Shown: piece by piece, positions 1 through 9,227 of the stretch
Position numbering within the stretch: position 1 is the first letter of the stretch
How the letters are laid out: every line of letters begins with the position of its first letter
Assembly: GCA_044220875.1 (NCBI GenBank)
Contig: JBGAQH010000007.1
Span: 31,673-95,672, forward strand
From: Phycisphaerales bacterium
GTDB lineage: Bacteria > Planctomycetota > Phycisphaerae > Phycisphaerales > SM1A02
Length of the DNA: 64,000 bases
Direction of reading: 5' to 3'
Translations under genes and position numbers: made by a program
The notes under the pieces: model-generated
The model's database searches: none
What the model was told of the DNA's origin: nothing
What the model saw: the letters and a program-made list of their open reading frames with translations, nothing else

Positions 1-734
1 AGGGTCATGCCGAGGCGCAGATCGAGCGGGAGCATCCTGCGCCGTTCTCCTTTCAGGATGTGGCGAGGCTGATTCGCTTCTTCACCAAAGCAGGACAAAC
101 GGTGTTGGACCCGTTTGTTGGAGTCGGATCGACGCTCAAGGCCGCCGCGTTGGAGGGCCGGAGGGGTATCGGCATTGAACTCAACCCGAAGTACGCGTCC
201 TTGACCAAGAAGCGCCTCAGGGCTGAGGTGGATCCGGGGCTGTTCCACGGAGCCGAGCAAGTCGTCCTACGGGGCGATGCTCGCCGGGTGTTAGACAAGA
301 TCGCCGCTGGCTCTGTCGACCTCGTGGTTACTAGTCCGCCGTATTGGAATATTCTTCAGAAGAAGGATCACAAGGCGCGACAGGAGCGAGAGTCTCACGG
401 CCTTGATACGCAGTACAGCAATGACGCCGCGGATCTTGGCAACATTGACACCTACGCCGCATTCCTCACGGAGCTCGGCGAGGTGTTTAAAAAGTGTGCC
501 GTTTGCCTTAGGTCGCGCGGACATATGTGCGTCGTCGTCGGTGACTTCCGTCACGGCTCCCGCTACTTTATGTTCCACGCCGACATCATGAACCTGCTCG
601 AGTCTCTTGGCCTTGTACCCAAGGGACTTCATGTACTTTACCAGCGACACAAACGAGTGTTCCCATACGGGTATCCGACCGCATTCGTGCCCAACATTCA
701 TCATCAGTTCATTGTCATAGTGCAGAAGCCATGA
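1..734 (+). CDS. DNA methyltransferase (N4-C/N6-A family, SPPY catalytic motif), 5'-truncated by window edge, permuted motif order
   Basis: Frame 3 is open from nt 3 (…HPAPFSFQDVARLIRFF…). AdoMet motif I LDPFVGVGST lies upstream of motif IV DLVVTSPPYWN. The protein ends HHQFIVIVQKP. Its stop overlaps the next MTase start (ATGA at 731-734). Confidence 0.8.
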   Translation, partial: GHAEAQIEREHPAPFSFQDVARLIRFFTKAGQTVLDPFVGVGSTLKAAALEGRRGIGIELNPKYASLTKKRLRAEVDPGLFHGAEQVVLRGDARRVLDKIAAGSVDLVVTSPPYWNILQKKDHKARQERESHGLDTQYSNDAADLGNIDTYAAFLTELGEVFKKCAVCLRSRGHMCVVVGDFRHGSRYFMFHADIMNLLESLGLVPKGLHVLYQRHKRVFPYGYPTAFVPNIHHQFIVIVQKP

Positions 735-1534
735 ACCGTCTCGATGCCATCCGATGCGTGGACACGATCACTTTCATGTCGACGCTTGAGCCGGCATCGT
801 GTCGGCTTGTCATCGCGGATCCACCTTATAATCTGAAGATCGATAAGCGATTCGGTGTCCCGGCATCCTACACCGATCTTGACGGATGGCTCGCTTGGTC
901 CAAGCAGTGGCTAGATGCTGCGATCCGTGCGATGTCGCCGGACGGCAATCTCTTCGTCTACGGCATTCACCACTACGCCGCGTTCCTCCACGTGTATCTG
1001 TACGAAGCGGGCATGCGGTACCGACGTCAGATCATTTGGAATTACGAGAATGGATGGTCGCGCTACACGAACGCGCCTGCGGCCCACTACGAGCCCATTC
1101 TTTGGTTCGCAAAATCGGACCGCTCGGTCTATCACCCGATTCGCGAGCCCTACAAGAGCGAGGCACGCTTGAAGCACTCGATCTATAAGAACGGCAAGCT
1201 GTGGACCCCGCATCCCGACGGACGCCTAGCTGGGGATGTCTGGCGATTCCCGACCCTCGCGGGCAACCGCTTCCGTGACGAACGGGTTGATCACCCCACG
1301 CAGAAGCCGCTCTCGCTATCACGCCGGATCGTGCGTCACTTCAGCGATCCAGGTGATACGGTCCTCGTGCCATTTGTAGGATCCGGCAGCGAGTGTGTCG
1401 CGGCGAAAGAGCTTGGACGGCACTTCGTTGGAGCCGAACTGAATGTTGAGTACGTCCGGATCGCGCGCCGCCGGTTAGGCGGGGTCAAGCTCGGTGAGTT
1501 GTGTAATGAGAACGTCACCGTTATCGCCGATTGA
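731..1534 (+). CDS. DNA methyltransferase, beta-class N6-A/N4-C (DPPY)
   Basis: LVIADPPYNL (motif IV), then DHPTQKPLSL, then VLVPFVGSGSECVAA (motif I). 4-nt start/stop overlap with the upstream MTase. Confidence 0.85.
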   Translation: MNRLDAIRCVDTITFMSTLEPASCRLVIADPPYNLKIDKRFGVPASYTDLDGWLAWSKQWLDAAIRAMSPDGNLFVYGIHHYAAFLHVYLYEAGMRYRRQIIWNYENGWSRYTNAPAAHYEPILWFAKSDRSVYHPIREPYKSEARLKHSIYKNGKLWTPHPDGRLAGDVWRFPTLAGNRFRDERVDHPTQKPLSLSRRIVRHFSDPGDTVLVPFVGSGSECVAAKELGRHFVGAELNVEYVRIARRRLGGVKLGELCNENVTVIAD

Positions 1535-2782
1535 TACGAGGGCGTCGCCATCGCACCAAAGCGTATGAATGCCAGCGGACGCGAGCCACTCGATGTGTTC
1601 GTCACTGGGCTTCGATTCGAACAGCGCGATCTTTAAGGGCTCGGGACAATCAGCGGGTAAAGCAAACTGGCAATAGTAGAGCAACTGGCTTAGCGCATCG
1701 CGGACCCTCGACCTCTCGTCTTCGACTTCGCCACTTAGCGTCTTGACCTCAATCAGAATTGCACGATCATCGATTCGAGCTAGGCAGTCGAAGGGGTCTT
1801 CGTGGAGGCTTGCGCCCATGACATTGAGCCTCACGGCGACCTGCCGCACGATCTGATTGTGCCGCGTCAGCCGCTCGGCCCGAAGCGCGTTCGTTGCCGC
1901 GACCTCTTCGGGCGTAGGCACGCGCACGATGGACGGAAGATTCGCCTCGTCTGTTTCGACTCCCGCCCGAGCGATCGTTGCGGGGTCGACTCTGCGGCCT
2001 TGGGTTCGAGCACGGCGCGGGCGCGGCTGCCCCTGCATGACCTGAGGGATGACCTCGGGATTCGGTGGGAGGGCCGCTGGCGCCGCCGCCGGTAGATGCA
2101 GGTTGTGTCCGCGCTTCTCGATGTCCCCCAATTGCTCCGCAAACGCAGGCAGCACCTTCTTCGCGTTGTCCCAGTTGGATGGGGTCTCTCCTCCGATCCG
2201 AGCGCGAATCTCATCTTCGCTGTCGACATCCGCCAACAGGCAAATACGCTCCAACTCTGCGACCGAATCGTCAGTGGCTTCGAGGCAGAGAGCACTCTTC
2301 GCTCGGGTGATTCCAGGCCTCGCGGCGACAAGGCGAAGGAGGACCTGATACGGATGCGACACGCCGTCGACTGGGGAGCCGAGGCGAATGCTGGCGATCG
2401 CCACTCGCCACTGGGCCCTCTCCGCCTCACTGAGCTCGTCCAGCGAGTTCCTTGCAAGGGTCTCACCAAGGGGTGTCAGCCAAGCGGCGTTCGCAACCGA
2501 ATCCTCCTCCATGCAGCGCATCAGTCGAAACAACTCGCGAAGGCCGCGCGCGGAAGTGCGGTGACTCTGGAGGCTTGGCTGCCGTTGCCGCTGCTCGTCG
2601 AGGTACTCGTCAATCGGTCGAGGGGTATGTCCCGTACCAAGAACCTGGGCGCGGACTAGCGCCTCTCCGAGCACGCCGTCGTCCCGGATGTTCTCGCCGC
2701 GGACCGCCGCCTCCTGCGCCACACCCAGTGCCCGGGCGAGCTTCACGAGATTGGCGATCTGATTCGGGAATCCCTTTAGCAC
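1475..2782 (-). CDS. putative restriction endonuclease (PD-(D/E)xK-like C-terminal core)
   Basis: Convergent to the two MTases, with 3' ends overlapping about 60 nt. The C-terminal FDCLARIDDRAILIEVKT fits a D…ExK nuclease core. No other domain recognised. Confidence 0.5.
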   Translation of the reverse strand: MLKGFPNQIANLVKLARALGVAQEAAVRGENIRDDGVLGEALVRAQVLGTGHTPRPIDEYLDEQRQRQPSLQSHRTSARGLRELFRLMRCMEEDSVANAAWLTPLGETLARNSLDELSEAERAQWRVAIASIRLGSPVDGVSHPYQVLLRLVAARPGITRAKSALCLEATDDSVAELERICLLADVDSEDEIRARIGGETPSNWDNAKKVLPAFAEQLGDIEKRGHNLHLPAAAPAALPPNPEVIPQVMQGQPRPRRARTQGRRVDPATIARAGVETDEANLPSIVRVPTPEEVAATNALRAERLTRHNQIVRQVAVRLNVMGASLHEDPFDCLARIDDRAILIEVKTLSGEVEDERSRVRDALSQLLYYCQFALPADCPEPLKIALFESKPSDEHIEWLASAGIHTLWCDGDALVSIGDNGDVLITQLTELDPA

Positions 2783-3608
2783 GGGAAGAGACTATCGGAA
2801 TCGCATGGATTTGGCTGAGCGGTGGCCCCGCACCTCCGCGAATGTGCGGGCCGTCCGACTGCTGGGTGATGACCACGCCCGCCATAACCCGAGACGAGTC
2901 TCGGGTTAAGAGACTTCGAGACTCTCGCCCCGAGATCGGCCAACGGGCGCGGACGGTGGTCGCGCGCGACGCGCCAGCCGAGGCTCGGCGAGACGTCGCG
3001 CTCGCGCAGACCCTTGCGATTGCTTGGCCTACCAACGCGAACGCCCGCGAGTTGCCTCGCGGGCGTTCACCGTTCACCAGCGGGTCGGTGGCGTTCCACC
3101 GGACCCAAGAAGTAGTGCGGGGGCAACCCTCTTCGAGTGGATCGGGAGCCTGAACAGAGACTCGGCGGACGCCGCAGCGACTTGCGAGTAGCAGCGCCTT
3201 GGCTCTACTGATCGGCAGCGAGGTTGAGTAGGGGACGGCGGGCAGTGAAGGGCCAAGCGGTCGCCGGAGCGGCCTCTACGCGACCCGAGAGGACTTGATG
3301 GAACTTGAGCGCCCGGCCGCCCCGCCCTCTCAACCGCAACCGCATCATCGGACTTGGGCTGGCGTTGCGTGGCAGACATCACCCGCGAAGGCGGGTGAAC
3401 GGCGGAACGTACGGGCGGACTCCGCGTAGTCCCGTCGGCGGCGCTGCCGCCCACTCCGGCTGCCTGGAGGGATGAAGACCGCGCTCAGTCGAGGAATCTC
3501 TCAGCCACACCCCTACATGCCGATCGCGGCGCCGCGCATACTGCACAAGTACGGATCGACCGGGCTGGTAAGGTCGAGCTCAGCTAAGTCCAGTTACGTG
3601 GAGGTCAG

Positions 3609-5021
3609 ATGCGCCAGTGTACCGTTCCGCAGTTCGCGACTATGCTCGGCATCTTCATCGCCTCAAGCGTGCACGCGCAATGCGAAACCCACGTGTTCGC
3701 CGCGCCCGATCCGAGTGTCAAACTCTTCGGAGGGATCGTCTCGCTTCACGAAGATCGGGCTGCGATCTCCGAGGCGGCGGGGCTAATGGGCTCGCTTCGG
3801 GTATTCGTCAGGAGCGGAGCCTCGTGGGCGCAGGAGGCCGCGATCGCAGATCCCAATCGGGAGCCTTATGCCTCGTTTGGGATCGCATTTCAACTGACCG
3901 GTGACACGCTCATTACGAGCGCATTCGAGAGCGCACTGGTAGCGCCCGGCGAGGGCGCAGTCTATGTCTTCAAGCGAACCGATAGCGGTTGGTGGCTCGA
4001 CCAGGAGATTCGACCGAGTTCACCGGCGAAGTTCTTTGGCTATTCGGTCGCGTTCGATGACCAGACGCTTGTGGTGGGAGCCAATCTCACACCGGTTCCG
4101 GGTCAGGCGGGCAAGGGCTGCGTATTTGTCTTCTCGAAGGTCAACGGCGTTTGGTCGCCGCTGCAGCAGATATTTGCGCCATCTTCGCCTGCGGATACCT
4201 ACTTCGGAAAGCGGGTGTTCCTGCTTGGAGATAGGCTCTACGTCAGCCAGTACCCCACGAACGTGTTCGAGTATCAGCGCAGCCGCGGCGGTTGGGCGCT
4301 CACGCATCAGTTCCAGCCAGTCCCCCAGAGCGCCACGCTCGGGTACGCCGAATCGCTGGCTGCGACCGAGGATTTGCTCGTGGTCGGCGGTAAGGACAGC
4401 ATGGTCCGTGGGCTCAGCACCGGGAACGCCACGCTCTACCGCCGAGCAGCCGGCCGTTGGGATGACGGGCAAATCCTTGCGCCGCCTACCGACGAGGGCC
4501 CGGTCTTCTTTGCGGGAGCCGCGTGTGCGATTGCGGGTGACAAGGTCCTTGTCGGGGCCCCTCTTTCATCCGGTGGAGCGTCGCACTCCGGACGAGTGTT
4601 CGTTTATACAGAAAATGATGGCGGCTGGGGCTTGGCCGGGGAGATCATCCCCGGCACCACGATCGCCGAGGGCAATCTCGGTTGGAGCATCAGCCCCTAT
4701 GGAGACGAGGTTCTCATAGGCCGGTCATTCGCGACGGTACTGTTCGCAGGCTTGGGCGATGAAGACTGCAATGGCAACGGCGCACCGGACGCCTGCGATA
4801 TCACCGACGGAACGTCGTTGGATTTAAACCAGAACGGCGTTCCGGACGAGTGCGAAGCGCCGGGTGATCTCAATGGAGACGGAACGGTTGGCGGAGTAGA
4901 CCTTGGGATTCTTCTCGGCGACTGGGGGCCTTGCGCCGGGTGCCGATCCGATCTCAACGCAGACGGCAATGTAGGCGCTGACGATTTGGCGATACTATTC
5001 TCGTCATGGACGCTCGCGTAG
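3609..5021 (+). CDS. secreted FG-GAP-like beta-propeller repeat protein with C-terminal dockerin/EF-hand-like repeats
   Basis: Signal-peptide-like N-terminus (MLGIFIASSVHAQC). Repeated FGxSVAxxGDxLVVGAP-type units. C-terminal DLNGDGTVGGVDLGILLGDWG and DLNADGNVGADDLAILFSSW. Confidence 0.75.
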   Translation: MRQCTVPQFATMLGIFIASSVHAQCETHVFAAPDPSVKLFGGIVSLHEDRAAISEAAGLMGSLRVFVRSGASWAQEAAIADPNREPYASFGIAFQLTGDTLITSAFESALVAPGEGAVYVFKRTDSGWWLDQEIRPSSPAKFFGYSVAFDDQTLVVGANLTPVPGQAGKGCVFVFSKVNGVWSPLQQIFAPSSPADTYFGKRVFLLGDRLYVSQYPTNVFEYQRSRGGWALTHQFQPVPQSATLGYAESLAATEDLLVVGGKDSMVRGLSTGNATLYRRAAGRWDDGQILAPPTDEGPVFFAGAACAIAGDKVLVGAPLSSGGASHSGRVFVYTENDGGWGLAGEIIPGTTIAEGNLGWSISPYGDEVLIGRSFATVLFAGLGDEDCNGNGAPDACDITDGTSLDLNQNGVPDECEAPGDLNGDGTVGGVDLGILLGDWGPCAGCRSDLNADGNVGADDLAILFSSWTLA

Positions 5022-5069
5022 GGCGTCCGTAACGTCGGGCTAAGTATAAGAAGCTTCGTGAGGTGACCA

Positions 5070-6659
5070 ATGAATGTCGGAGCAGCACTATCGTGTGTCG
5101 TTTCGCTCGCGATTGCGTGCCCTCTTCGCGCGCAGTGTTCCGCTGACGGCAGCGCGCCATCCAATTTTGGATCGTCGTCAGCGACCAGCAATTGGCAGGT
5201 GGGAAACGCGGTCGCTATCAGCGGCAGTCGGATGGCTGTCGGCGCGGCCCTGGGCGACCCGAGCAGCATTCAAGACGCGGGGGCAGCTTGGATTTGGGAG
5301 TACAACTCCGGCTGGTCCGAGGTGAAGGCATTGGTCGATCCCTCACCGTCGTCGTTTGATTGCTTCGGCTTCTCCGTCGCCGTGGCGGGCGATGTAGTCG
5401 CGGTTGGTGTCCCAGACGCGGATGGGGGCGGACACGTCGTAGTCTTCCGGAAATCGGGCGGCACGTGGGACAACGGCACCACCCTCTCGCCCGGCGGTCT
5501 CTCCGAGTCGGGCGCCGATGATTTTGGGTTTGCTGTTGCACTCGACGGCAACACCCTTGTGGTAGGGGATCCGAAGGCCGACTACGGTGCAGGAACCCCC
5601 GGAATCAATCCTGGCCGGATCACCGTATTTGAGTACTCCGGTAACACATGGTCGGAGGTGGCCTATTTTGACAAGCCCGGCACCGCGAAGAACTTCGGCC
5701 ATGCAGTCGCGATCAAGGGCAACTTCATCATCGCGGGAGCGCCGAGCTATGACCTCGCAGACGGTGGAGAAGTGCACGTCTATCGACGATACGGAAGCCC
5801 GGCGACTTGGAACTACTCCGAGGAGATCACCGACGACGGCGACGGCTCCACTCAATACGGTTCGAGCGTCGCTTTCGACAAGGGTGGCGGCGTTGTCGTT
5901 GGAGCGCCGATCGACGGCTCGTACGGCAAGGTGTACGTCTGGAAACTGGCGGGAACGAGCGAGGCGGAGACAGACACCACATGGACTCAGATCGCGGTGT
6001 TGACTCCCTGCTACGAGGCCGATTCTGTGGAGCCTGAGCTCTTCGGCAACGCCGTCGCCGTCCACGGCGACCGCCTCGTCGTCGGATCACGCTACGCCGA
6101 TGTGAACAACGAGCAGAACGCGGGCGCGGCATATTTGTTTGGCCGCGGATGCGGATGGAGCTTGCTATCGACAGTGGTTGATGATGACCCTTCCGACAAC
6201 TACATCCAGGAGGAATTCGGGAAGGGTGCTGGCGTGGGAGGAGGACTCGCGGTCTTTGGATGCCCGGGTGACACCGACACTGCGCCGGATCCGGACCACC
6301 AGAAGGAGGGGAGCTTCACGACCGTCGAGACTGGAGCAGAAGGGTGTCCTGCTGACCTCGACTGCAGCGGGTCGATCGATGCGACTGACCTTGCGACCTT
6401 GCTCGGCGCGTATATGAGCGTTTGCTACGGTTGTGCGGAGGACATCGACCGCGACGGCTCGGTCGGATCGGCGGATCTCGCGATCCTTCTTGGCGCCTGG
6501 GGCGACTGCTTCGGCGACAGCTTTGCGCGGGGCGGCGGTCTGGGCGAGTTGCTCGAAGCGATCGGCTTCGAGAGCGAGGAGGAGTTTGTTAGTTGGTCGG
6601 GCTCAGCCAGCGAAGCCGAACGTGCCGCAATGGTCGCTCTGATTCTCGGCGCGAGCTGA
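5070..6659 (+). CDS. secreted FG-GAP-like repeat protein, paralog of 3609-5021
   Basis: Signal-peptide-like start (VVSLAIACPLRAQC). Same FGxxVAxxGDxxVVGxP repeats. C-terminal DLDCSGSIDATDLATLLGAY and DIDRDGSVGSADLAILLGAWG. Confidence 0.75.
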   Translation: MNVGAALSCVVSLAIACPLRAQCSADGSAPSNFGSSSATSNWQVGNAVAISGSRMAVGAALGDPSSIQDAGAAWIWEYNSGWSEVKALVDPSPSSFDCFGFSVAVAGDVVAVGVPDADGGGHVVVFRKSGGTWDNGTTLSPGGLSESGADDFGFAVALDGNTLVVGDPKADYGAGTPGINPGRITVFEYSGNTWSEVAYFDKPGTAKNFGHAVAIKGNFIIAGAPSYDLADGGEVHVYRRYGSPATWNYSEEITDDGDGSTQYGSSVAFDKGGGVVVGAPIDGSYGKVYVWKLAGTSEAETDTTWTQIAVLTPCYEADSVEPELFGNAVAVHGDRLVVGSRYADVNNEQNAGAAYLFGRGCGWSLLSTVVDDDPSDNYIQEEFGKGAGVGGGLAVFGCPGDTDTAPDPDHQKEGSFTTVETGAEGCPADLDCSGSIDATDLATLLGAYMSVCYGCAEDIDRDGSVGSADLAILLGAWGDCFGDSFARGGGLGELLEAIGFESEEEFVSWSGSASEAERAAMVALILGAS

Positions 6660-6762
6660 CCTCCGGCGAGCGACAGGCGGTAAGAGCAGGTCGAGCAACG
6701 GAGCGTTGGGTCGGTCTCGATCGCCCGAAGAATGTGGCAATTCGAGATCTGGAGATCCATGC

Positions 6763-6798
6763 GGCGCCGCCGAGTCACTCTCGGCGGCGCCTTTATTT
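6763..6798 (+). terminator. Rho-independent terminator
   Basis: 12-bp GC stem ggcgccgccgag/ctcggcggcgcc with a short loop, followed by tttattt. Lies about 100 nt after the stop at 6659. Confidence 0.75.
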
Positions 6799-7095
6799 GA
6801 GCCCCGTCTCTGAGCCGAAGCTCCGTGAGGACGTCATGCCGTCGTGTTGTTGCTGCTCCCGCTGCTGGCGCTCAAGCCGAGGCTGCTGCTCCCACCGCTC
6901 GTCAGGATCGACGGTGCGATCGTGCCGCTGCTCGAGAAGCTCGACCCGCTGCTCTTCGACGAGCCGGACGAGGACGAACTCGACGTGCTGGTCGAACTCA
7001 GCGCCGAGAGCGAGATGTCGTTGTGCGCCCAAACCCCGTCGACCAGCAGAGTGTTCGTCGTGGGAACGTGAATCGCGACGGTCCGCACGCGGCCC

Positions 7096-8235
7096 GTGAT
7101 CGGTCGGCCTGCCGCAACGATCGAATATCGGCCCTTGGAGACTCGACTTCCGGCACCAAGGCTGCTGAGGGAGGTTGCGGGATGTACGCTGAGCGGATGG
7201 GGCCGGTGCTCGCTCGTGCGCTGGCGTTCACCAATGAGGCAGGCGGGTCCCGGATCCCGCGACGCGATGAGGCGCCCGATGGCCAGTTCTCCCGATCCGC
7301 CCGAGAACGCCTACTCCAAGTTCCGTCGGTTCTTTGACGGAAGTGTCGTTGGAGCGGTCCTCGGGATCTTCTTTGGGGAGTTCGATGATCCGGTCGCGAG
7401 AAGGGAGCGCGAGCGGAATGCAGCACGCGAGGACGAGTTCGAAGCGATGTTGGCGGCAAGTGAGGCCGAGAAACTACGACAGCGCACCGCTGCAGCGCAG
7501 CAGATCGTCCCCCCTCCCAGAGCTGGCTCCGCCCCCGCCCGTCTCATCCGTTCAACGAGCCGCACGCGGGCGCCGTCCCTCGGCCAAGCTGTTCTGCGCG
7601 AGGTTCGAACATCTGCCGAATCACCAGGGCCGACAAACGACACGCTGAGATCGACGTTGCCCGCGAAGCCGCTCGCACTCAGCGACGGCAGCCAGCTTGA
7701 TGTCTACTATCTCGACGACTACTACCCGACGCGCGATCACAGGCACTCTTCGCATGCCGCGAGCTGCAACTTACTTCGCCTCAAGGACGATGAGCGTGCC
7801 GGGATCAACTACTTCGCCACGAGGCTGTCTCGATTGCTTGCGCGCGGCACGCTCCTGATTCCGATGCCGGGCCATTCGATTGGCCCTGCCTCTGGAGGCC
7901 TAAGATCGCTCGTTCGGCACTTGAGTCAATCTGGACATGTCGATGGAACGATTTGCTTGGAGCGGCTGACAACGGTCAACAAGTCGGCAGGGGCAGTTTC
8001 AGGCGCGAGGCCAACTGCGGAGATTCACCGTGCGAGCATGCACGTACCCCACCCCCTTCTAGTCCGCGGGCGCCATGTGGTCCTTCTCGACGACGTCGTG
8101 ACGAGGGGCTGCTCGATGCGCGGAGCGACGTATCACCTCAGGAAGGCCGGAGCGGCGAGCGTCATCTGCCTTGCACTGACGCGCACAGTGAGCGATCGTA
8201 GCGACCAGTCAGGAAGCGAGGACTCCGCACCTTGA
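7096..8235 (+). CDS. ComF-like phosphoribosyltransferase (PRTase); start uncertain
   Basis: C-terminal PRTase signature HVVLLDDVVTRGCSMRGA. The N-terminal ~180 aa are low-complexity, so the true start may be internal. Stop overlaps the next gene by 4 nt. Confidence 0.65.
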   Translation: MIGRPAATIEYRPLETRLPAPRLLREVAGCTLSGWGRCSLVRWRSPMRQAGPGSRDAMRRPMASSPDPPENAYSKFRRFFDGSVVGAVLGIFFGEFDDPVARRERERNAAREDEFEAMLAASEAEKLRQRTAAAQQIVPPPRAGSAPARLIRSTSRTRAPSLGQAVLREVRTSAESPGPTNDTLRSTLPAKPLALSDGSQLDVYYLDDYYPTRDHRHSSHAASCNLLRLKDDERAGINYFATRLSRLLARGTLLIPMPGHSIGPASGGLRSLVRHLSQSGHVDGTICLERLTTVNKSAGAVSGARPTAEIHRASMHVPHPLLVRGRHVVLLDDVVTRGCSMRGATYHLRKAGAASVICLALTRTVSDRSDQSGSEDSAP

Positions 8236-9227
8236 CCCACAGCCGCCAAAATGCCGATCGGGATCGCGCGAGATATCTGATCGCGCTGATGGAGTTACCC
8301 AAGATTGGCCGCCGACGATCGCTCTCGATCGCGCGAACCTCACCCGATCCGCCTGCTACGGCGTCCGAACTGCATGCCCGGCTAGCCAGCGTCCGCCACT
8401 CGATCCCGGGTCTTCCCGAGTACACACTGGACGAGGTCGATGCCGCGATGCGAGGTGCAGACGCCGTTGCAGAGCGCTGTTCGACGGAGGCCATCCAGGT
8501 CATGACCGCATGGGGCGGCGCAGTTGCACCGGCTGTCTGGGGGATCCCGGATCCGCCAGCGGTTCTTTACGCAAGGGGGAATCTGGAGTGCGTCGCGATG
8601 GGCTTGGCCGTCGCCATCGTCGGAACTCGCGAGCCCACTCCATACGGTCAAGGAGTGTCACGGCGATTCGCCCAGCGCTGCGCGGAGCGATCCGTTTGCG
8701 TAGTCAGCGGACTGGCAATCGGCTGCGATTCGCTTGCGCATGAGGGGTGTCTCGACGCTCATGGCCGGACGGTCGCGGTACTTGCGCACGGGTTGGACAC
8801 TGTGTATCCGCTCTCAAGCCGCTCGCTCGCTGCCCGAATTCTCGATGAAGGAGGGATGCTGGTCAGCGAGTACCCTCCTGGAGTCGGGATGCGTCCGAAC
8901 CAGCTAGTTGAGCGTGATCGACTCCAGCCTGGCTTGAGCGGGGGGTTGATTGTCATTGAGACGGATATCAAGGGCGGCACGATGCACGCGGTTCGTCAGG
9001 CCAGGGAGCAGAAGCGCCCGGTAGCGTGCCTTCAGCATCCCGCTCACCTGCTCAAAGAGGCAAAGGCCCAAGGTAACCAATCGCTGATCCTTCGCGGTGA
9101 TGCGGTGCCGCTTGCGAGTGGAGATGATCTGGGAGCATTTCTGGACGGGCTCCCCCGGGTCGATGCGAGCTCGCCAAACACCCAGTCGAGTCCGATTCAG
9201 CTTGACCTATTCCATGCAAAGCCCTGA
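8232..9227 (+). CDS. DprA/Smf-like (SLOG/Rossmann) protein, divergent
   Basis: GTREPTPYGQGV…VVSGLAIGCDSLAHEG…TVAVLAHGLDTVYP…LVSEYPPG matches the DprA core. The usual FPxRNR and VVEAxxxSGS motifs are altered (LVERDR, VIETDIKGGT). Confidence 0.75.
   Translation: MTHSRQNADRDRARYLIALMELPKIGRRRSLSIARTSPDPPATASELHARLASVRHSIPGLPEYTLDEVDAAMRGADAVAERCSTEAIQVMTAWGGAVAPAVWGIPDPPAVLYARGNLECVAMGLAVAIVGTREPTPYGQGVSRRFAQRCAERSVCVVSGLAIGCDSLAHEGCLDAHGRTVAVLAHGLDTVYPLSSRSLAARILDEGGMLVSEYPPGVGMRPNQLVERDRLQPGLSGGLIVIETDIKGGTMHAVRQAREQKRPVACLQHPAHLLKEAKAQGNQSLILRGDAVPLASGDDLGAFLDGLPRVDASSPNTQSSPIQLDLFHAKP

Noticed and set aside
2783-3608. Possible RNase P RNA, tmRNA, SRP RNA or a second tRNA in the long spacer
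   Set aside because: I looked on both strands for GAGGAAAGUCCGG / ACAGAACCCGGCUUA (RNase P), a GGGG…UUCGAC 5' end with a tRNA-like CCACCA 3' end (tmRNA), the GGAAGGAAGCAGC SRP motif, and a T-loop GGTTCGAAT/GGTTCAAAT. None is present.
6763-6791. Similar GC hairpins (cgccgccgag…tctcggcggcg) at 6763-6791 and 52036-52067 as candidate attL/attR of a ~45-kb island
   Set aside because: Each hairpin is self-complementary through its own distinct outer arms (ggcgcc…ggcgcc versus gaaac…gtttc). Independent terminators look like this. Hybrid attL/attR sites would instead carry swapped half-sites. Both hairpins also sit in sensible terminator positions.
6834-7230. Ser-rich minus-strand ORF (84 aa from the GTG at 7088). 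Its frame stays open upstream (…GSRVSKGRYSIVAAGRPITGRV…) without any start codon.
   Set aside because: It may be a 3' remnant of a disrupted gene at an island edge. However, it has no start, no motif, a low-complexity tail, and overlaps the possible N-terminus of the PRTase ORF. It is not called as a gene or pseudogene.
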